The position numbers were made by a program, and so were the translations under genes. The notes below the pieces were generated by a model. It worked only from the letters and a program-made list of their open reading frames with translations, was not told the DNA's origin and did not search any database. Positions 38,138 to 50,224 of a DNA stretch of 64,000 bases are shown piece by piece. Location: contig NIVC01002441.1 of assembly GCA_002269645.1 (NCBI GenBank), positions 62,001 through 126,000 of the forward strand, in the 5' to 3' direction. Origin of the DNA: Macrostomum lignano. Its lineage: Eukaryota. Numbering within the stretch: the stretch's first letter is position 1; every line of letters begins with the position of its first letter.

Positions 38138-41100
38138 ACATGAACGAACTCAACTCACATGGGAATCAATTTTTAGTTTTTAATGCTATCAATATTTAGC
38201 TTTTTTATTACGAGCAAAGCATCGATCCATGACTTAGGTTATAGAAAGTTTTCTTTAGGTGGGTTTGAAAGACACCACTTGGTTTTTAATGAAGACACCA
38301 CACAAAAGTTGAAAACTTTATGCACCACACACTAACTATAATTGGAAAGATCTTAATTAATCTCTACCGGAACTTACTCGGTACCGGCACCGAACTGGAT
38401 AACATGCATGGGCGGGGGTGGAGAAAAACGATCTTGGAATCATTTTGACAGCAATGCTATGTACATCAAAGATCAGAACAGACAAGGGGTGAAGAAGAGA
38501 GAGAGAAATTTTCTTCAACCAGTCTGTAGTCAGTCAGTTTGTCCCCAGTCGGGGCAGTACAGAAGCTCAGCGCTTATGGTCTCACAAAAAACTAAGTCTA
38601 GTATTGGGTTATAGCGATAGATCCCAGTCAGCCGGCCATCTGGTGTGACTACAGCTGACCTCTTTAACCCATGGGGATATGCCATTGCAGTAAGGTCAAG
38701 GTCCACATGCTAAAGCACGCGGCCCCTTAGTGCTTTTACAGATCCATGCTAAGGAAAGTCACGGCTACAAAGAAGCACCCAAAGAAACTCTTATCTATCA
38801 CTTCTATAACAAAAATTTGGGCGTGTAGACATCAAACAGTTCTAAGACCCTACAGTGCTACATGTACAATTTATAAGTCACCCGAGACGACAGGCTTTAC
38901 TACGTGAGATGCCCCAAATGCCAAATTCTCACGTTAAAAAACCTAAAACAATGTAGGAGTCAACACACAATACTAAAAAAATAATTTAGAGCATATAATG
39001 AAAATAGCTACTGTAGTCTTTTAAGCATACAGTGGATCGATTCCTGAATCTCGTGTAGGTCTTTTAAAGGACAGTCATCAAGGCATACAGTGTATTATTT
39101 ATGCAAAAGTAAACTATATTTTCTGAATTATCTTCAAAACCTGACTTCAAATCTGAAGTAAAATAAAGCTCATTATATTAGCTCCATATTAAATAAGCTA
39201 ACATTTTTATGTATTTTTGAAGTTTCTAAATATTCAATGCTGTTGAAGCTATGCAAAGCCTTCTCAAAATTTGTTTCGAAGTCCTAATAAGTACTGGCAA
39301 ATCAGTGGTTTGTTTCATATTCTTGTATCAAGGAATTGGATTCGAATATGTGCTTCATTTTACAAATGAGATTTTTCCACTGGTGCTTGTTATTTTTTTC
39401 TTTTTAAATTTAGCTTATTGAAACTAAATGGTGAATGGTTGAACTTCAAAGAAAAACAGTTTTTTAATTATTTTCATACAGAAAAATTGTTCTAATATTA
39501 CAGTAAATCATTTTGTTATTGTTATTGTATTGTTATACCCATTTTAGATTACTTTTATATGCTGTATGTTGTTGCATTATTATCATTGCTTTGATAAATT
39601 TCACAGATGCATGTATTTTTTCCAAATTACTCTAAAACCAAAATAAGGTATGTGATCTTACTTTGCATGCATTTAACCAATCCAACAGCAATTTCAATGA
39701 AAGATTAAAGTTAGAATAGAAATACCGATATTTACCCTAAACTGCCTTGTTTCTGACTTTCACACTACATGTGCTAGTAAGCTATCAGATAACTTCTAAA
39801 TTCTAACATCTCTACCTGGTGAGCTTGCAATTTATGCGCTCCATGAATATTACATACTTTTAGAAATTGAACAGAGTTCGCATTTTAAAGTTACATCAAA
39901 AACAAATTTAAATGAATTTTCTGAAGAAAACGGAGAAAGTAGTATTCAAAATAATGATGATCTCATTTACATTTTCTGAATTTTTAAGAACTTGAAGACA
40001 AACAAGTTTAACAATAACGATGTCCGAAAAGAACTTTTTTCTTTGAAGTTAAAAACGTGTGGTGTAACTGTTTTTTAATAGTAAAATAAAATCAAATATG
40101 ACTATTTAAGTGTGTTTATCTTTGTAACTTAATAAAAAAATAAATAGACAAAATATTACTTTTAGGTGTTTCATATGCATTTTAATTAGATATTGCAGGA
40201 CAACAACTTTGTCGTCTATACATCCTTACGGTAAAATAAACAAACACGCTTATTTATTGAATATTCAAGGATTTTGTGGTTTAAAAAACCTATATGGGTT
40301 GTGGTGCCACAAATGAAAATTTTAAAGCCAAAAGAATAATATTTCATGCTTTTTAATTTTTTGTTCATAAATTCAAGCTAAGATTTGAGAACGACCCATC
40401 AGTGTGTACTTACGAGTATGCAAAGGTAGAATTTTTTCATTGGAATGGTCAGTTTATTAAACTTTATATCTTTTTTAAGATAAATTAAATACATCTGAAA
40501 GCTGGGACTACATATCACGTGAAGAAGTCCTTGATCATGAGTGAAGACAGCCCTGTTGACACGGATAAAGCCAAATTGAACATGATCGCTGACCGCCTTT
40601 AAGGCTGTTGCGAACAAGTTCTGTGTTCAAAGATCATGTTCGCAAGGCCTACTAAAGCCAACTAATATATTCAATTGGCTGGTAAAATTGCCGTCGATTT
40701 AAAATGAGCTAGGGGCCTAGACTATTATAGTTTTAGGCTAGGGTAAGGTTAAGTACAAGAGTCGTTACAGTTTAATACTAAGCCTTTTCATTATTGTTAA
40801 GCATTAGCAAGTAGTTAATCTTTACTAGGCTTAGACACAACTGGACTAATTGACTAGGCCCTAATAGGCCTAGTTCAAAAAGCTACCTTTGATATAAAGT
40901 AACTAGGCCTATTTCATTGTTAGAATTGAATTGCACTGTAATATATAGTAAATATAGTCCAATTGACTTGTTCTGGTCTACTTTAGAATAATGGCAGGGA
41001 TATATTATCTTTAGTTAAAAGGCTAGGATAGGCTATTAATGACTAGATATAAGTTGATAAGTTCTTTCTAATCTATATCTGGGCTTCTTGCTATTTTGGT

Positions 41101-41989
41101 TGAAATTTATAGAGCCTAGGCCTATACGCCTATATAGCATATGCTAGGCCTATGACTAGTATAGCCTATAGGTTTTTATTGTAGCCATATAAAGGTAGGA
41201 CAGACTAGGTCTAATCAAGTGTTATATATTATATAGACATATAGCTCATATAGCTAGGGCCTAGGTAGCTACTTTAGCCATTAGGCTATAAAAAGTTTTT
41301 GTTATTAATATTAGTGCTAGTAAATTATTTGTAGGGCCTAGGCCTATATTAAACAATTATAGTTCTAATTCTAGTATACCATAAAATAAACATTTTAAAT
41401 ATTTTTTTAATATAAGCCTACTGCCTAGTCTATTACTTTGTCTTTCGTTAAAAAATTGAATAAAAAAGTTTTGCTTACTAAGCCCAAGGCTTAGCTAGGT
41501 GGGGCCTATTATTCTTTTGAAATAATCTTTTATGATTATCTTACCTAGTTAGACTAGGCTAGTTTACCCCACTTAGTCTACTCTAATAAGGCTTCTCTAT
41601 CTAGGTTATTTTTCTTTGGCTAGCCTTTATAATTATCCTTTAAAGATAGATCTAAAAAAATTGCAGGCAACAAACTATACTAAGCAACTATAACCTAAAA
41701 TTATAAAATAGACCTTGGCCGAAATATATGACACAGAGTTTTTAATCCATAGTTAAGGGAGATATCATGGCTATGGCCCCTTGGGACCTTTGGATCTATC
41801 CTTGCTATCTCTTCTAAGTTGCCTTTCTAGGCACTCCCCTCTAGACTATCTAGGCCATCTATTCTAGGCTATTCTTCTTAGGTAGTCTTTCTAGGCTGTC
41901 TTTCCTAGGTAGCCCTCCTAGACAGCTCCTCTAGGCTATCTCTCCTACTTTACCTTTCCCAGACAGCCCTATTAGGCTACCCCTCTATG

Positions 41990-43400
41990 GCTACCCTTCC
42001 TATTCAACCCCTCAGGCTTCCTCTTATTCTACCTCTCCCATTCTACCCCTCCCAGACTACCCCTCCCATTCTACCCTTCCCAGGCAGCCCTCCCATTCTA
42101 CCCCTCCCATTCTACCCTTCTCAGGCTACCCTTCCCAGGCAGCCTTCCCATTCTACCCCTCCCATTCTACCCCTCCCAGGCTACCTTTCCTAGGCTACCC
42201 TTCCCAGGCTACCCTTCCCAGGCTACCCTTCCCAGGCTACCCTTCCCAGGCTACCTCTCCCATGCTACCCTTCCCAGGCAGCCCTCTCATTCTACCCTTC
42301 CCATTCTACCCTTCCCATTCTACCCCTCCCAGGCTACCCTTCCCATTCTACCCCTCACAGGCTACCCTTCCCAGGCTACCCTTCCCAGGCTAACCCTTCC
42401 CAGGCTACCTCTCCTATTCTACCCTTCCCAGGCTACCTCTCCCATTCTACCCTTCCCAGGCTACCCTTCCCAGGCTACCCTTCCCAGGCTAACCCTTCCC
42501 ATTCTACCCTTCCCATTCTACCCTTCCCAGGCTACCCTTCCCATTCTACCCCTCCCAGGCTACCCTTCCCAGGCTACCCTTCCCAGGCTACCCTTCCCAG
42601 GCTCCCCTCCCAGGCTACCCTTCCCAGGCTAGCCCTCCCAGGATAACCATCCGAGGATACCCTTCCCAGTGAGCTCTCAGCTCTCCCAAGCTACCCCGTC
42701 CAGTTTACCCCTCCCACTATACTCTTCCCAAGCTACTTCTCCTATGCAACCCTCCCAGGCTACCCCTGCTACTCTACCCCTCTCAGGCTACCCCTTCCAT
42801 CACAACCTCTTCCAGGCTCTCTCCCAGGCTACCCTTCCTACTCAAACCATCAGGCTCCTCTTTCCTACTCTTCCCCTTTTACTCTACACCTCCCAGGCGA
42901 ACCTTCCCAGGCAGCCCTCCCAGCCTACCCACCCCTCCCAGGCAGCCCTCCCAGCGTACCCCTCCCAGCTTACCCATCCCAGGCAGCCCTCCCTGCCTAC
43001 CCCTCCCAGGCAGCCCTCCTAGCGTACCCCTCCCATCCTACCCCTCCCAGACAGCCCTCTCAGCCTACCCACCCCTCCCAGGCAGCCCTCCCAGCGTACC
43101 CCTCCCAGCTTACCCCTCCCAGGCAGCCCTCCCAGCCTACCCCTCCCAGCCTACCCCTCCCAGCCTACCCCTCCCAGCCTTCCCCTCCCAGCCTACCCCT
43201 CCCAGGCAGCCCTCCCAGCCTACCCCTCCCAGCCTACCCCTCCCAGCCTACCCCTCCCAGCCTACCCCTCCCAGCCTACCCCTCCCAGCCTACCCCTCCC
43301 AGCCTACCCCTCCTAGGCAGCGCTCCGAGACTACCCCTCCCAGGCAGCGCTCCGAGACTACCCCTCCTACTCTACCCCTCCCAGGAAACCACTTCCAGGC
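41990..43400. repeat. C-rich ~14-bp minisatellite (CTACCCTTCCCAGG / CTACCCCTCCCAGC) in left arm
   Basis: Direct periodicity; reverse complement of the array at 50225-51900. Confidence 0.9.
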
Positions 43401-43675
43401 TATCTCCCACTGTGCCCCTGTGTACTGTCTCCATTTATGTTCGAAACTGAGAAGATTGTTTCGTTTTGGTATTATTTAAAAAGATAATGCATCATTATTT
43501 ACTTCAGACGCTTCACTCTCATTATTTCAGGTGCGTACATGCGAGTCAGCTAACGCTGACGCCGCACTTAGTATTCGGCTTTCCAACGGGGAACTGTGCG
43601 TTTACGAAAGCCATTTGGGATTTGGGATGCCAGAAAAGAAATTCTATTTTGCAAGGATCCGATGAATGCTGCCGC

Positions 43676-44910
43676 TTCGGCTGCAGTGACCACCGGCTCA
43701 AGCGGAGGACGATCGCAGGACTGTTTGCTGCCTGCCACTTCGGCTGCAGTGACCACCGGCTCAAGCGGAGGACGATCGCAGGACTGTTTGCTGCCTGCCG
43801 CTTGCTGCAGTGACCACCGGCTCAAGCGGAGGACGATCGCAGGACTTTTTGCTGCCTGCCACTTCGGCTGCAGTGACCACCGGCTCAAGCGGAGGACGAT
43901 CGCAGGACTTTTTGCTGCCTGCCACTTCGGCTGCAGTGACCACCGGCTCAAGCGGAGGAAGATCGCAGGACTGTTTGCTGCCTGCCACTTCGGCTGCAGT
44001 GACCACCGGCTCAAGCGGAGGAAGATCGCAGGACTGTTTGCTGCCTGCCACTTCGTCTGCAGTGACCACCGGCTCAAGCGGAGGACGATCGCAGGACTTT
44101 TTGCTGCCTGCCGCTTCGGCTGCAGTGACCACCGGCTCAAGCGGAGGAAGATCGCAGGACTGTTTGCTGCCTGCCACTTCGTCTGCAGTGACCACCGGCT
44201 CAAGCGGAGGACGATCGCAGGACTGTTTGCTGCCTGCCGCTTGCTGCAGTGACCACCGGCTCAAGCGGAGGACGATCGCAGGACTTTTTGCTGCCTGCCA
44301 CTTCGGCTGCAGTGACCACCGGCTCAAGCGGAGGACGATCGCAGGACTTTTTGCTGCCTGCCACTTCGGCTGCAGTGACCACCGGCTCAAGCGGAGGAAG
44401 ATCGCAGGACTGTTTGCTGCCTGCCACTTCGGCTGCAGTGACCACCGGCTCAAGCGGAGGACGATCGCAGGACTGTTTGCTGCCTGCCACTTCGTCTGCA
44501 GTGACCACCGGCTCAAGCGGAGGACGATCGCAGGACTTTTTGCTGCCTGCCGCTTCGGCTGCAGTGACCACCGGCTCAAGCGGAGGAAGATCGCAGGACT
44601 GTTTGCTGCCTGCCACTTCGTCTGCAGTGACCACCGGCTCAAGCGGAGGACGATCGCAGGACTTTTTGCTGCCTGCCGCTTCGGCTGCAGTGACCACCGG
44701 CTCAAGCGGAGGACGATCGCAGGACTGTTTGCTGCCTGCCACTTCGGCTGCAGTGACCACCGGCTCAAGCGGAGGACGATCGCAGGACTTTTTGCTGCCT
44801 GCCACTTCGGCTGCAGTGACCACCGGCTCAAGCGGAGGACGATCGCAGGACTGTTTGCTGCCTGCCACTTCGGCTGCAGTGACGGCCGGCTCAAGCGGAG
44901 GAAGATCGCT
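43676..44910. repeat. 63-bp GC-rich tandem repeat with a 439-bp (7-unit) higher-order duplication
   Basis: Unit CTGCAGTGACCACCGGCTCAAGCGGAGGACGATCGCAGGACTGTTTGCTGCCTGCCACTTCGG; a 61-bp variant recurs at 43810 and 44249. Confidence 0.95.
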
Positions 44911-45789
44911 GCTCCGCGTGCTATCATTCGGTTCCGAGACAACCGTAACGAACAGTGGCAAAGTGAGGGTTAGTTAATAAACTAGTTATGACCTGAACGA
45001 TTGTCTGAAGTGATGCGCGTTCGTGTGACTCACACCCTGGCGATGCGCAGTCCTGTACCAGCGGTTTGTAGTTGCTGTGTAGCTAAAGTTTCTGCGGGCA
45101 GCTCTATGTTGCGCGCATTACTTCCATTGTTTTTGCGTAGCTGCAAAAATTTATTCTATCCAAGCGGCACATTACCTTTGCGTTTATTGAGAGCTGTAAT
45201 TTTTTTATCCGAATAACAAATAAAAAAGCATTTTTCTCGATCGATGTCACCCCGGTAATTTGGCTGTTGCGCCACGCATTTTCGCGCATATTTGGAAGTG
45301 TCCGAAGTCGCCCAAGTATTTTTCACTTCGCGTTACACTTATTTCAGAAATTTCGCTCGCGCAAAAGAATTGATTAGATCGCAAGTCGCAGAGTGAAGTT
45401 AGGATCGCGGCGGCCTGAAAATTCTCTTATTCTGCTCAAAATGTTAAACTTTCCTTAGCTAATGGCAAACTATCCACATAGTCTGGCTTATTTGCTACCT
45501 CAAGTAAGCTAGGTTTAAAAATATCATTAAAGTTGGGTTGCATGAACAAGCGCGCACTAGCAAAAGCAAGCACGGCTAGAATGGAGATTAGCACAAGAGC
45601 GTATTGACACTGACGCAAGTATTTCACCTACATGTACATGTATGCTCAATCATGAATAAGTGCCAGTATTCACACGAGTATGTTTGACTTAGCTGCAGAG
45701 GGCATCACCGAGGCGCAGGGGTGGGGGCCCCAGCTGGGCCCGGTCCAGAAGCGCGCCGGCGGAGCCAGCCTTGCCGGGATGGAAACCAT

Positions 45790-46052
45790 AACATCGTGGG
45801 CCGGGATCCGCTTGAGCTCCACCTGGTTGCCCAGCGCAAGCCCATGGAGCCGGGCGTTGCAGTCCAGGGACAGATCTGGAGTTGGTGGTGCTGCAGCAGA
45901 CGGCCAGAATGGCTGCTTGGCTGTCGGAGTGAAAAATAAATTTCTGACTGCAAGCTAAACTGCCTTCGACGCAGCTCTGCCACACAGAAGCTGATGGCAA
46001 GCACCTCGCTCTGAAAAACACTGGAATTGAGTCCCAGTGTGCTGCCATTAGG
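45790..46052 (-). pseudogene. Decayed RNase H domain of a non-LTR retrotransposon
   Basis: Three frames supply successive motifs LGLNSSVFQSEVLAI, SDSQAAILAV and LDCNARLHGLALGNQVELKRIPAH; at least two frameshifts; WxPxH Trp lost and GNExAD absent. Confidence 0.7.
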
Positions 46053-46271
46053 TAGTGATGTAACCGCACTTGTCGCCTGTCCGCTCCGTTGAGGGACGAA
46101 CGCATGACTAGAGGGGGGCAATGACCGTAGGCTGCCTATGACCGGGCAGGCCTGGTCGAAGACCTTAGCCCAGTCTCGACGGCTCTGCGCAGGGGGTGCA
46201 CGGCGATGAGCGGGACCCTTCGAAAAAGTTTCCCTGCCCTATCCCGCGACCAGAGCGTGGTTACATCAGTA
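46053..46271. mobile_element. ~219-bp MITE-like insert with hAT-type ends
   Basis: TAGTGATGTAACC at left versus GGTTACATCAGTA at right (12/13 inverted match); no 8-bp TSD. Confidence 0.45.
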
Positions 46272-47691
46272 GTTAATAATACATGTACCTTTGCACGCCT
46301 AATATTTAACAACAAAACTTATCTCTACTTTTGCCACTTTAATTTACTGATTGCAAGTGGATCCACACGCAGCCGTGGAGTGGATTGGAGCATAAGAAAA
46401 CTCCAGCGTTGGAGCGAGTACTGGAGCTGATATATACGTCCAGTACTGGAGTTTCGGTTTTGGCACTGGAAAAGTGCAGATAACTCTACTGGATGACCTT
46501 CTGGCGCTCTGGGACCGGCGCCAATCGACTCAGGGAGCCGAAATCTATCAGAAAATGTTGGGCGCATAGGCGCAAAAGCCACTCTGCAAAATGCCAAAAT
46601 GTTGTATCCTCCCCGCCGGCCTAGGTGCACTTGTCAAATTTGCACCTTATCAACCTGCTGTCAGTAAAGATTCTGCAAGTAAACCGGCTGTCCTGCAACT
46701 TGCAACTAATCAAAACTACGCAAGCCGCTGAGCAGTGTCGCACTAAACTGCACGCTAAAATCGACCATCAATCTAGTATTGGAGTCTGCAAGGCTCTAAT
46801 GCTGGAGTTTCCTTTATATTCCACTACTGGAGTTACGCCAATATGCACTTCTTTCCGAGCCATACGACTGTAAGATATATGCTAGTATCGGAAAACTCCG
46901 TATAAACTGTAAAAGGCAAACATAGATGGCTATAACAAAGTTAGCATCTATACAGGCCAGGTGTTTGAAAGAAACATTCAGCTACGGCTTCAGTTTGCGA
47001 AGTCGGTGAGAGCAAACGGGGGTTGATTGCCTGGACGTCTCGGGAATCTCATCATGCCTTTATACATGTAGATGAAGTTGGCCAGCCTTCGAGACACTTG
47101 CACAGCAGATCTGCATGGGTCCAGTTGAACATGGAAAATTTTTTCAAGGATCTTCTCAAACGCAAGCACGGAAGTGTTAGCGCAACGCTGCCCAGAATCA
47201 AGAGAATGGGCATGACAGAAGCAGCTGCAAAGAACTCTCTATAGTAGTGAATTCTCTACAAGCAGTGGAAGTATGAGCAGGCAAGTTTGTTTCAATGACT
47301 CGACCGGTCTGACAAATTTTATTTGTGTGAACGTAGTCACTGTAATAAATAAAGGCTTTTCCTCGGTAGAAAATCGAGCAACGTGGATAAACGTACATGT
47401 AGCTCGTCAAAACTGACATTCTCCTCAATTCATCGGTGACATCATGCTGACAACATGCGGATGGCGAAGCTTGAAGATGTAGTCGTGAAGTTGAAGAGGC
47501 AATTAACGGGAGCACGAGAATTTCCCGCAGGAATTTTTCCCGCCGAGCTTTCCCCGCAGGAGCTTTCCCGCACGAGATTTTCCCGCAGCGAGTTTTTCCC
47601 GCAACGAAAATTTGCCGCAGGAGCTTTCCCCGCACGAGATTCTCCCGCAGCAAGTTTTTACCGCAGCGAGAGTTTCCCCGCAGGAAATTTC

Positions 47692-48061
47692 CCCGTCGAG
47701 ATTTTCCTGCCGAGCTTTTACCGCCCAGATTTTCCCGCACGAATTTTCCCCGCACAGACTTTTTCCAGCAGAAAGATTTTCCCGCAAGAAATTTCTCGTG
47801 ATTGCCTGTTTACCTTCGTACCTACCTTCCTACCTGTCTGTCTGTCTGCCTGCCTGCCTGGCTGGCTGCCTGTGTCGAATTTATCAAAAGAAAATCGCGT
47901 CTCTGCTAATAGCTTTCCTTTTTATAATTTCTTTCTTAAGGTAAACAGGCAATCACGAGAAATTTCTTGCGGGAAAATCTTTCTGCTGGAAAAAGTCTGT
48001 GCGGGGAAATTCGTGCGGGAAAATCTGGGCGGTAAAAGCTCGGCAGGAAAATCTCGACGGG
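47692..48061. repeat. Near-perfect ~124-bp inverted repeat (47692-47816 / 47938-48061) with 121-nt loop
   Basis: CCCGTCGAGATTTTCC...GCCTGTTTACCTT mirrored by AAGGTAAACAGGC...GGAAAATCTCGACGGG; one 1-nt indel. Confidence 0.95.
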
Positions 48062-49664
48062 CTGCAGCTAAGTCAAGTAACCCTCTACTACTGTACACAA
48101 CTCTCAAATCTGCTCAATAACTTGCATGTAGATAGTGCATGTGCACTTGCCAAGCGGAGAGAAGGCTAAACACTTCTACCCGGTATTGTGCTTCTCAGTT
48201 CAAATACGTATTTAAGAAATTAATAACATGCAATCCGTGTTTCCCATTTAAGTTATTTTCAGCAGTACAGCATTTTTGCGCCCCCTCATAATTGGTACCC
48301 CTCATACTCATGTTGGCCTCCCAAACTTGGACCGCCCCCTCCCAAAATGAAATTCTAGATCCGGCATTGCTCGTGCATGATAAGACTAACTGAATTTACT
48401 ATTACTAGTATACCTATACTAATTATAGATCATTTGCCTTGATCGATTGAAAAGAACTTACATATGTAAATGTCCATGTACCAGGAAAGTCATAAGGCTA
48501 TTTAAAAGTGACAGGATGTCAGGCTACGAGACTTTCACACAGAGGCTTTTCTCGCCGAGCTTTCCTCTCATGTTTAACCAACAGGTGCTGCAGAGACGGA
48601 GGGCGAGGAGAAAGGGAGGCCAAGAGGGGTAGACAAACTATTGAGACTACTGTAATGTAAAATCATATACTTTATACCTCTCGCCCTATGGCTCTACCTC
48701 CCATTATTCTTTGTGACCGTCACGTGACCATATTTGTGTCATCAAAAGAGAATTCGATAAAACAGGAATGTTTCAGAACAGGACAGAGTGAGTTATCGCA
48801 AAAAGCATAGGTAAAAGCAGTGCAGCCTGTTTTATTTTAGAGTCACATGTTTATAATACCAGGTTTGGCGAAAAAACGCGCTGCATAGTTCTCTCAAAGT
48901 TTGATTAGCAAAACTCGACAGGGGGGGACAAAAAACTGGTTACAGCAGTACAGAGCGAGAGAAAGAGGGTCACCGTTTGATGGTAGTGCAATATTGCAGA
49001 GGTCACGGATTAAATGTTCTACATGCCACAGTCACAGACAAGTGTGACCAAACATATTTAAACGGCTAACAGCTAATTTCTGTCCAATGTGGCTGAATAG
49101 TCATACATGTCGTAGTCGTCACTGTCGTCTTCTTTCTGAGATCCTTCTACGAGGATCCTGCGTGCACTCTGCGTTCTGTGCATCGGCAGCAGCGTAATGC
49201 ACATTGCTTTGTCTCATCTCGACACCTGCCAATGAACGAGAGAAAAATTCCTTTTATTTAAAATGCAAATGCATGATGCAAAGCATTCCAATACAGTTCA
49301 TAGCTAATCTGCATTGTTAGCACTTGATGCTGGAGTGACTATGAGCGGAGAAGCTGAATAGGTTATGTACGCGACCAAAACAATTCACTGATTTCAACAG
49401 GAAGAAGCTAAATACATGCCATCTTACCATCTACGTACTCTTTTTGTTTCAAACGACCTCATTTAACGTATTCTGCTGATGATATTGTAGAGTGTATAAG
49501 CGGCAGCACATAATACTCATATTTTTTACTCACTGCTAATTCCACGCGAAGATAAATAACTGGCAAGGATCGCCTCTGAAGGAAATCGGATAATATGCTC
49601 CTTCATTAGTCCTTCGTTCGCCCTTAGCACTCGCAACACTCGTAGATGATAGCACGCGGAGCAG

Positions 49665-49930
49665 CGAGCTGCAGCAAGCGGCAGGCAGCAAACAGTCCTG
49701 CGATCGTCCTCCGCTTGAGCCGGTGGTCACTGCAGCAAGCGGCAGGCAGCAAACAGTCCTGCGATCTTCCTCCGCTTGAGCCGGTGGTCACTGCAGCAAG
49801 CGGCAGGCAGCAAACAGTCCTGCGATCGTCCTCCGCTTGAGCCGGTGGTCACTGCAGCCGAAGTGGCAGGCAGCAAACAGTCACTGCGATCGTCCTCCGC
49901 TTGAGCCGGTGGTCACTGCAGCCGAAGCGG
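49665..49930. repeat. 63/61-bp repeat (about 4 copies) in right arm
   Basis: Reverse complement of the 43676-44910 unit. Confidence 0.9.
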
Positions 49931-50224
49931 CAGCATTCATCGGATCCTTGCAAAATAGAATTTCTTTTCTGGCATCCCAAATCCCAAATGGCTTTCATAA
50001 ACGCACAGTTCCCCGTTGGAAAGCCGAATACTAAGTGCGGCGTCAGCGTTAGCTGACTCGCATGTACGCACCAGAAATAATGAGAGTGAAGCGTCTGAAG
50101 TAAATAATGATGCATTATCTTTTTAAATAATACCAAAACGAAACAATCTTCTCAGTTTCGAACATAAATGGAGACAGTACACAGGGGCACAGTGGGAGAT
50201 AGCCTGGAAGTGGTTGCCATGCCA

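Larger units (their letters stand above)
34072..40397 (+). mobile_element. Full-length Sola2-type DNA transposon, 6326 bp
   Basis: Perfect 14-bp TIR GGGTCGTTCTCAAA (34072-34085) / TTTGAGAACGACCC (40384-40397). Exact 4-bp TSD ATCA (34068-34071, 40398-40401). 5'-GRG terminus, 4-bp TSD and DDD transposase motifs fit the Sola2 group as I recall it. Confidence 0.85.

Noticed and set aside
47000-47500. Coding-looking hydrophobic frames in the foldback spacer; also an acceptor-led segment at ~49080-49225
   Set aside because: Frames are broken and match no family I can recognise; possible pseudogene or cargo but unsupported
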